Shown: positions 7,506 through 13,718 of the stretch, piece after piece
Numbering within the stretch: position 1 is the first letter of the stretch
Layout of the letters: each line of letters opens with the position of its first letter
NCBI GenBank assembly: GCA_029564175.1
Contig: JAKQQL010000164.1
Coordinates: 1 to 13,718 of the forward strand
Source: Candidatus Cloacimonadota bacterium
Lineage (GTDB): Bacteria; Cloacimonadota; Cloacimonadia; Cloacimonadales; WRIO01
Length of the DNA: 13,718 bases
Reading direction: 5' to 3'
Position numbers and translations under genes: made by a program
Notes under the pieces: generated by a model
What the model was told of the DNA's origin: nothing
The model's database searches: none
Seen by the model: only the letters and a program-made list of their open reading frames with translations

Positions 7506-8357
7506 TTAACTTCTGCATTTATTTTGTTGGAATTTACTGTTAGGAAACTGAACCTTACCGGAAGCTTGCCACATACTGATATTTGCCCGTTTCCAGGTCA
7601 GCATAAGTTTATTCTCTTCTTCAAGTTCCTGTGTTCTTAAGTGAATAGCAGTAATAACTGCAACAATAGCTGCACTGCTGAGATCTTCAGGTCTTGGTGC
7701 TTTAATTTTACCAACAGGAGTTTGAACTGAAGCAGGAGAAACAGTTTTAGAATGACCATGTCCTGAGGGTTTTCCAAATTTACCAAGATGAATCATCTGA
7801 GTCAAAACTATAGCTGTTATTGCCAGCGCTGAAAAAACGACCAGCATACCAAGTATAGTCAAAATCGCACCAAGCTCCATTTTTTTTGTTGCAAAATAAT
7901 CTACTTTTTCAATAATAAGAGATGGTTTAATCTTTAAATCAAACAGAGTCTTTGTATAATTTGATTTATCCTGAATTGGAAGATTAAGATATTCAAGCAG
8001 TTTTTTTATAGGAATTTTATTTAATCTAGCACAATCAAAAAGAGCCATGGAATGATTGAAGCCATAAGTAATATCGTCTTTATACTTTACAATATCTTCC
8101 GGATTAACCCTGAGCGAAGTCAGTTTTCTTCCGGCAATCCTATTGTCATTTTTATTAAGTTTAAAATGAGTCACAAGAGAATCAACTGACAGATCAACCA
8201 CTTCAGCAGCCTGACCAAGCGTATAATTTTCAGAAATACCAAAGAGTTCTATCTGATGTTGAGCCACGACATCTGTTGAATCATTTTCCTGAGCTGAAAG
8301 CACATTGAAAAAAAACAAAATCAGAGTCATGATAAGGATTAAAAGGATTTTTTTCAT
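7506..8357 (-). CDS. OadG/MmdD-family (delta) anchor subunit, extended by a signal peptide and an extracytoplasmic domain
   Basis: OadG-type TM helix LTILGMLVVFSALAITAIV, flexible linker, and AAIVAVITAIH helix followed by a W-containing tail. Lies between the alpha and biotin carrier genes. N-terminus MKKILLILIMTLILFFFNVLSA-QE resembles a cleavable Sec signal. Confidence 0.82.
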   Translation of the reverse strand: MKKILLILIMTLILFFFNVLSAQENDSTDVVAQHQIELFGISENYTLGQAAEVVDLSVDSLVTHFKLNKNDNRIAGRKLTSLRVNPEDIVKYKDDITYGFNHSMALFDCARLNKIPIKKLLEYLNLPIQDKSNYTKTLFDLKIKPSLIIEKVDYFATKKMELGAILTILGMLVVFSALAITAIVLTQMIHLGKFGKPSGHGHSKTVSPASVQTPVGKIKAPRPEDLSSAAIVAVITAIHLRTQELEEENKLMLTWKRANISMWQASGKVQFPNSKFQQNKCRS

Positions 8358-8368
8358 AATTAGATCCT

Positions 8369-9919
8369 TTATAATGGGATATTTCCATGCTTGCGAGGCG
8401 GATTGGATTCTTTTTTAGTTGCAAGCATTTCAAAGGCTCTGATTAATCTGAAACGGGTATTTGCCGGTTCAATCACATCATCCACAAACCCTTTGGCTGC
8501 AGCATTATAAGGATTAGCAAATTTTTCACGGTATTCTTCTTCTTTTTGTTTTAATACCTGAGTCGGGTTCGCTGCTTCTTTTACATCTTTTCTAAAGATC
8601 ACTTCAACAGCACCTTGAGGTCCCATCACTGCAATTTCGGCACTTGGCCATGCATAAACCATATCGGCTCTCATGTGACGACTGTTCATCACACAATAAG
8701 CACCACCGTAGGCTTTGCGAAGAATAACGGTTACTTTTGGAACAGTTGCTTCTGCAAAGGCATAAAGTAATTTAGCACCATGACGGATAATACCATTATG
8801 CTCCTGATTAGAACCAGGCAGGAAGCCGGGAACGTCTTCAAGTACCAGTAAAGGAATATTGAACGCATCACAGAAACGGACAAAACGGGACGCTTTGACT
8901 GAAGCATTGATATCAAGCACACCAGCCAGCACTTTAGGCTGATTGGCAACTATACCAATCGTATGACCATTTAATCTGCCATAACCAACTACTATGTTCT
9001 GAGCAAACTGTTTGGATACTTCCAGGAAATCTGCATCATCCACAATACTCTTAATTACATCATAAATATCATAAGGTTTATTAGGATTGTCAGGAATCAA
9101 AGCAACCAGGTTATCACATGAGCGGTCAACCGGATCGGAACAAGGGATTCTTGGTGCATCTTCCATATTATTGGAAGGCAGGAAACCCACTAATTTACGA
9201 ATTAGGGTTAAAGTTTCTTCTTCATTTTCTGTCATAAACTGTGCCACACCGCTTTTTGAGGCATGGATTCTTGCACCACCGAGATCTTCTGTGGTAATCG
9301 TTTCATTTAATACTGTTTTAACAACTTTTGGACCGGTGACGAACATATAGGAATTTTTCTTATCCATTACAACAAAGTCTGTAATGGCAGGTGAATATAC
9401 TGCACCACCGGCACATGGTCCTAAAATAGCTGAAATCTGAGGAATAACACCTGATGCCTGAACATTACGCCAGAAGATTTCGGCATAACCGGCTAAAGCA
9501 TCAACACCCTCCTGAATACGGGCACCACCTGAATCATTTAAACCAATTACCGGTGCACCGACTTTCATCGCCATATCCATGATTTTGCAGATTTTCTCTG
9601 CATAAGTCTTTGATAATGATCCGCCAAAAACAGTAAAATCCTGTGAAAAAATATAAACCATACGGCCACCAATTGTTGCACAACCGGTAACCACACCGTC
9701 ACCTAATATTTTTGAATTTTCCATTCCAAAGTTTGTACACTCATGTGTTACAAACATATCAAATTCTTCAAATGAGTCCGGATCAACTAAAAATCTGATA
9801 CGTTCACGTGCAGTCAGTTTTCCTTTTTCATGTTGTTCGGCTATTCTTTTTTCTCCACCGCTCAGATTAGCAAGCTCTCTCTTTCTTCTGAGTTCCTGGA
9901 TTTTGTTCTCTATTTCCAT
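8369..9919 (-). CDS. mmdA: Acyl-CoA carboxyltransferase subunit (methylmalonyl-CoA decarboxylase alpha / PccB family)
   Basis: Motifs [57 protein letters not shown] and C-terminal RKHGNIPL. I placed the start at ATG 9919 (MEIENK), preceded by GGAGG. Substrate is inferred from PccB-type motifs and operon context. Confidence 0.92.
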   Translation of the reverse strand: MEIENKIQELRRKRELANLSGGEKRIAEQHEKGKLTARERIRFLVDPDSFEEFDMFVTHECTNFGMENSKILGDGVVTGCATIGGRMVYIFSQDFTVFGGSLSKTYAEKICKIMDMAMKVGAPVIGLNDSGGARIQEGVDALAGYAEIFWRNVQASGVIPQISAILGPCAGGAVYSPAITDFVVMDKKNSYMFVTGPKVVKTVLNETITTEDLGGARIHASKSGVAQFMTENEEETLTLIRKLVGFLPSNNMEDAPRIPCSDPVDRSCDNLVALIPDNPNKPYDIYDVIKSIVDDADFLEVSKQFAQNIVVGYGRLNGHTIGIVANQPKVLAGVLDINASVKASRFVRFCDAFNIPLLVLEDVPGFLPGSNQEHNGIIRHGAKLLYAFAEATVPKVTVILRKAYGGAYCVMNSRHMRADMVYAWPSAEIAVMGPQGAVEVIFRKDVKEAANPTQVLKQKEEEYREKFANPYNAAAKGFVDDVIEPANTRFRLIRAFEMLATKKESNPPRKHGNIPL

Positions 9920-9949
9920 GGATCCTCCGTATATCATCTTTTTATGGCA

Positions 9950-9976
9950 AGTTTAACAACCAGCAGTCTTTGTCAA
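9950..9976 (-). promoter_or_regulatory. Putative promoter for the decarboxylase operon
   Basis: On the minus strand: TTGACA (9976-9971) and extended -10 TGTTAAACT (9958-9950). The spacer is only 15 bp, so the call is uncertain. Confidence 0.35.
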
Positions 9977-10062
9977 GCAAAAGACCTCTTTTTTACTGAA
10001 AATTAACAAATTGCAATGATACAGCGGGTACCTGAAGAGAATCTGTTAGTCTATCATAATGT

Positions 10063-12345
10063 TTAAAATACCTTTGTATTCATTATTTCATAAACCGCTT
10101 TTGAAAGCTTTTCTATTGTATAGGGTTTTTGAATGAAAGATTGAATTCCAGACTTTAATATACTCTTTACTCTTTCATCCTGTTTAAATCCGGAAGACAA
10201 GAGTACTTTTACATTTTCATTCAGTGTTTTCATTTCCAGATAAGCTTCTTTACCTGATTTTTTAGGCATAATCATATCCAGTAAGACCATATCCACTTTA
10301 TTCATGTTGTCTTTATACAATTTAACAGCTTCTTCACCGTCATTGGCTGTTATCACATGATACCCGCACATCTCAAGCATTTCAGTTGCTATTCTTCTGA
10401 CAAATGGTTCATCGTCTGCAACTAGTATTGTACCTTGCCCCTGGAGATAGTTTTCTGTATGTTTAACCACCTTTTCTTCAAGTTCTTTCTTATATACAGG
10501 CAGGTATATATACATATTGCTACCGATATTCACTTCCGAATAGACATCCACAAAGCCATTATGATGTTTTACGATATTATAAACCATCGTTAAACCCAGG
10601 CCAGTGCCAACACTTTTTCCTTTTGTGGTAAAGAATGGTTCAAATATTTTAGCAATCGTTTTGGAATCCATACCGACACCTGTATCACCGATTAAAATTC
10701 GCCAATATTCGATAGGTTCTGCTTCTGGATGACTTTGAATAAAGAAATGATCTGCCATGACTTTTGAAATACTTAATGTCAATACCCCCCCTATATCAGC
10801 ATCTTTTTTCCTCATGACAGTCATTGCATGACTGGCATTGATACAAAGATTTAAGATAACCTGTTCAATATGAGAGGGGGATGCGTAGGTAATTGCAGGT
10901 ACTTCGTATGGATTTACGACAAATTCAATAGATTTATCAAAGGTGTTTTTACATATTTTTACCACATGTTTTAAAGTCAGGTTAAGGTCAAGCGGAGCAA
11001 GAGAGAGCTCCTGTTTTTTTGAAAGTGATAGAAGCTGTTGCACCATATCAGCAGCTCTATTGGCCGATTTATCCATCAAATCCAGATAATCTGTTAATTT
11101 TTCAAGTGGAATCTGATGATTTTTCTCAATATTAAAATTCATAATTGAAAGCGTTCCAATGATACCACCCAATATGTTGTTAAAATCATGGGCAATACCA
11201 CCAGCCAGATTCCCTATTGATTCCATTTTCTGAGCCTGTTGAAGCTGTTCATCTTTCTTTTCCATTTCAGTGACATCTTCAGCCATAATAACAATATTCT
11301 CTAGCTCAGGATTCCTAACCGGATAAATATGAATATTCAAAATACTCTCGTTAATATGTTGTCTGTTATAGTATTTTGGTTCAAGCTGTTTTTTAAATTC
11401 ATCTAAAAAAGAATCAAACACATTCACCACTCTTGATAAGTCTTCACCTAAAGCCTGAATACTGGGTATTCTGAAGTAATTTTCGGCAGAATTATTCCAT
11501 TGGGTAATTCGATTGTTGATATCAATCGTAACAAGAATGGAGGGCATTGACTGAATGATATTACTTAAATAATTTTTAATTAACAAGAGTTCCTTCTCCA
11601 TTTTATCTCTGTTAATGTCTCGTTCCTGAATATTCTCTAGCATAAAATTAAATCCATTGTACAGCTGTCCAATTTCATCTTTTAAATGTGTTTTTAAGCG
11701 AAGTGAATAATCCTTTTCTTTTGCAATTTTATTTGATAATACAGATAAGCTGGTAACTGGCTTTAAGATATTGGCAGAGATGTAGATATAGATGATAATC
11801 ATTAAGGCAACCATTAAAATCAGATAAGTGCCAACCATAGCCATATTTCTGGTTTTTATCTGTCCCAGTGCGATTTTGTCAGTATAGAATATTTCAATAT
11901 CACCTATTTTGTTATTATTATAGATGACGCTAAATCGTTTTTTATAAATATGCTTTTCATGATCTCCTAAAACAAAGGGGTAGTCCAGTTTTACTGTTTC
12001 ATATCGTCCGTTTGATTCCACTTTTTTTAATCCGGAAATAAAGAATCTGGATTCATTAAAGACATTGATAGACACTATAATGTCTTCTAGCAGAAGCGCT
12101 TTATTAAGCGCCTCAATTTCAGTTACATCAATATTCCACAAAGGTAATTGATATGCTTTTTCTGTAAACTTAATCGTATTAAAGATAGACTGCTCAAGAA
12201 GTGTTAGTTCTCTTTTTCGGGTTGTCTGATTAAATGCACTAATCGTGATACCACTAATAATTGTAAAAGTAATGATCAAAATATAGAGCAGTTTGTATAT
12301 CATTCTTGAATTGCCAGGCAACTGAAAACGTAGATATTTATTCAA
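10063..12345 (-). CDS. Hybrid sensor histidine kinase/response regulator (2 TM + periplasmic sensor, HAMP, PAS, HisKA, HATPase_c, REC)
   Basis: HAMP (ILKPV...DEIGQLYNGFNFML), PAS (IIQSMPS...WNNSAE), H-box LAGGIAHDFNN, N-box QVILNLCINASHAM, DTGVGM, FEPFFTTK, GTGLGL, and receiver ILVADDE...LLDMIMP...FIQKPY. I placed the start at TTG 12345, 5 nt after GGAGG. Confidence 0.94.
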   Translation of the reverse strand: MNKYLRFQLPGNSRMIYKLLYILIITFTIISGITISAFNQTTRKRELTLLEQSIFNTIKFTEKAYQLPLWNIDVTEIEALNKALLLEDIIVSINVFNESRFFISGLKKVESNGRYETVKLDYPFVLGDHEKHIYKKRFSVIYNNNKIGDIEIFYTDKIALGQIKTRNMAMVGTYLILMVALMIIIYIYISANILKPVTSLSVLSNKIAKEKDYSLRLKTHLKDEIGQLYNGFNFMLENIQERDINRDKMEKELLLIKNYLSNIIQSMPSILVTIDINNRITQWNNSAENYFRIPSIQALGEDLSRVVNVFDSFLDEFKKQLEPKYYNRQHINESILNIHIYPVRNPELENIVIMAEDVTEMEKKDEQLQQAQKMESIGNLAGGIAHDFNNILGGIIGTLSIMNFNIEKNHQIPLEKLTDYLDLMDKSANRAADMVQQLLSLSKKQELSLAPLDLNLTLKHVVKICKNTFDKSIEFVVNPYEVPAITYASPSHIEQVILNLCINASHAMTVMRKKDADIGGVLTLSISKVMADHFFIQSHPEAEPIEYWRILIGDTGVGMDSKTIAKIFEPFFTTKGKSVGTGLGLTMVYNIVKHHNGFVDVYSEVNIGSNMYIYLPVYKKELEEKVVKHTENYLQGQGTILVADDEPFVRRIATEMLEMCGYHVITANDGEEAVKLYKDNMNKVDMVLLDMIMPKKSGKEAYLEMKTLNENVKVLLSSGFKQDERVKSILKSGIQSFIQKPYTIEKLSKAVYEIMNTKVF

Positions 12346-12374
12346 GAACACCTCCCTATCTTTAAATTGTTTAA

Positions 12375-12403
12375 AAAATAGCAGGATTATCATTAAAAGT
12401 CAA
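12375..12403 (-). promoter_or_regulatory. Putative sigma70 promoter for the hybrid kinase
   Basis: On the minus strand: TTGACT (12403-12398), 17-bp spacer, TATTTT (12380-12375) with an extended TG. The ORF-track ATG at 12393 falls inside the spacer, which supports the later TTG start. Confidence 0.45.
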
Positions 12404-12583
12404 GATATTTTTTATCTTTTAAAAAAATAGTTTAAGGATACTGTTCAAAATAACAGTTTTTAATTAAAAGCGCTTATGCTAATTTGTTTGTAAAATGAGC
12501 TGTTTAAACAATTATAACAGTTTTTCTGACAAATTGATCTTAAATATAAAAATCTAAAAGATTGGGGCTAATGTATAAATAGA

Positions 12584-12806
12584 GTGCAGGTAGTGAAACT
12601 CTGCGCCTTATAAAAATCCGTCAAATCGTAAGGATACTCGATTGGGTGCGAACAACCGCTTGTTTGAGCAGATGGGTACCTTCCTGCTAATCTTTACCAG
12701 ATGCGAGTTTGCGGTGGAGCCCAAAAGAGTGACTGGAGACAGGATTTTTATACAGCGCTTGAACTTTCTTTGCTTACTTTTTTTCTTTCAAGAGAAAGAA
12801 AGTAAG
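12584..12806 (+). other. Structured intergenic element (long interrupted rod plus pseudoknotted hairpin); ncRNA or non-autonomous repeat
   Basis: Nested complementary blocks 12609-12619/12742-12752, 12620-12622/12738-12740, 12636-12639/12727-12730, 12642-12647/12719-12724 and 12655-12659/12711-12715. Terminal hairpin 12773-12806, whose loop TTCAAG is complementary to CTTGAA at 12758-12763. Confidence 0.65.
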
Positions 12807-12857
12807 ATTAAAATAGGTCAATTCCCGAACTCATCTTAATAAACAGATTTACTCCGC

Positions 12858-13718
12858 TTATTTCATCATCAGTATCTTCCTTATTAAGGTTTGATTGCCA
12901 GTTTGTAATCTGACAAAATATACACCAGAGCCATATTCTTTTCCATCCCATACGATTTGATGCTGACCGCCTGCCAGTCTCTGATTGCAGAGGGTCTTTA
13001 CCTTTTGACCTTTGATATTGAAAATGCTGACTTCAACCTCTCCCTCTTCCGGCATCTGCCAGGAAATGGTGGTGCTTGGGTTGAATGGATTAGGATAATT
13101 TTTTAGAGAAAGCGCGTTCTGAGCTGACAAGCTTTCCTCATCAGTACTCACGACATTCGTTCTTTGCAGATAAACGCTTACCGGTGTATCTTCACCCTCA
13201 ACAACGCTGACATGAACAGTCTGATCCAGATAATCCCATCTGCTGAATGTAACAGCAAACTCTCCTGGCATTGTTACAAAATGTAAAAATCCCAAAGAAT
13301 CTGTAAACTCAGGCAGAAAACCATTAATCTGAGCCTTCACACAATCAATCAACTGCCCGTTACCTGCATCACGAACAATCACTCTCATCCCCCCGACATA
13401 CACGGAATTATACTCATAAGCCCCTCTGTCCACAACCAGGCTGTCTCCATTTAATGCACCGATTGAAATGCGTTTATTGTACACAATATCATATGGTGGT
13501 AACTCAGGCAGGTTCAAACCGCTATCAATACAAGGGGAATTTTCCTGTAACGCATAAGGATGTCTTCCGACTCCAACAAACATTGGGTCTGCAACGATAT
13601 TATTTCCACCATCAATTTCAGATTGATTTTCAGGGATAGGTATTGAAAGACAATTGTAAGAGAAATTGGGATTGAACTCATCGAAAATAATATCAGATAA
13701 ATACCACACAGTACCTGT
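12858..13718 (-). CDS. 3' part of a secreted or surface protein: choice-of-anchor-Q-like segment, carboxypeptidase-regulatory-like beta domain and C-terminal T9SS-A/FlgD-Ig-like domain (partial)
   Basis: The frame is open to the window edge (ACA GGT ACT before GTG 13709), so the track start is not real. Motifs: NIVADPMFV...YALQENSPCIDSG...DRGAYEY; VRDAGNGQLI...TDSLG...PGEFAVTFSRWDY; NYPNPFNPSTTISW...IFNIKGQKVKTL...WDG...SGVYFVRL...KILMMK. Confidence 0.88.
   Translation of the reverse strand, partial: TGTVWYLSDIIFDEFNPNFSYNCLSIPIPENQSEIDGGNNIVADPMFVGVGRHPYALQENSPCIDSGLNLPELPPYDIVYNKRISIGALNGDSLVVDRGAYEYNSVYVGGMRVIVRDAGNGQLIDCVKAQINGFLPEFTDSLGFLHFVTMPGEFAVTFSRWDYLDQTVHVSVVEGEDTPVSVYLQRTNVVSTDEESLSAQNALSLKNYPNPFNPSTTISWQMPEEGEVEVSIFNIKGQKVKTLCNQRLAGGQHQIVWDGKEYGSGVYFVRLQTGNQTLIRKILMMK

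Noticed and set aside
5886..9350. Small ORFs at 5886-6200, 6909-7100, 7045-7290, 7145-7342, 8731-8949 and 9087-9350
   Set aside because: All are antisense or out-of-frame shadows inside well-supported decarboxylase genes.
12642..12839. 65-aa plus-strand ORF
   Set aside because: TTG start, no protein-like features, and it coincides with the structured element, which explains the sequence better.
13454..13639. 61-aa plus-strand ORF
   Set aside because: Antisense to the secreted-protein gene.
1..13718. All ten called genes end in TAA, raising the idea of TGA or TAG reassignment
   Set aside because: The conserved genes are full length under the standard code and use TGG for Trp. TAA bias is expected in an AT-rich genome.

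Overview
AT-rich bacterial chromosomal window. The C-terminal 'NYPNPFNPSTTI...' sorting-type domain plus the decarboxylase operon suggest Cloacimonadota or a related FCB-group anaerobe (inference). In order it holds: the 3' end of an unknown gene; a TPR-like hypothetical protein whose 5' end looks broken; an M3B oligoendopeptidase F; a divergent SurA/PrsA/PpiD-like foldase; a four-gene Na+-translocating acyl-CoA (most likely methylmalonyl-CoA) decarboxylase operon (alpha-delta-gamma-beta); a membrane-bound HAMP-PAS hybrid histidine kinase; and the 3' part of a secreted protein with a T9SS/FlgD-Ig-like tail. Most of this is housekeeping. The unusual points are: (1) the decarboxylase has a biotin carrier with two complete biotinyl domains, and its delta/OadG subunit has a signal peptide and a duplicated 59-aa extracytoplasmic module; (2) a ~220-nt intergenic element folds as a long rod followed by a pseudoknotted hairpin; (3) a 26-bp palindromic repeat occurs twice around the foldase gene, with substitutions that keep G-U pairing; (4) an in-frame TGA separates an SD+ATG from the first ORF. 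I saw no transposase, integrase, CRISPR array, tRNA or rRNA.
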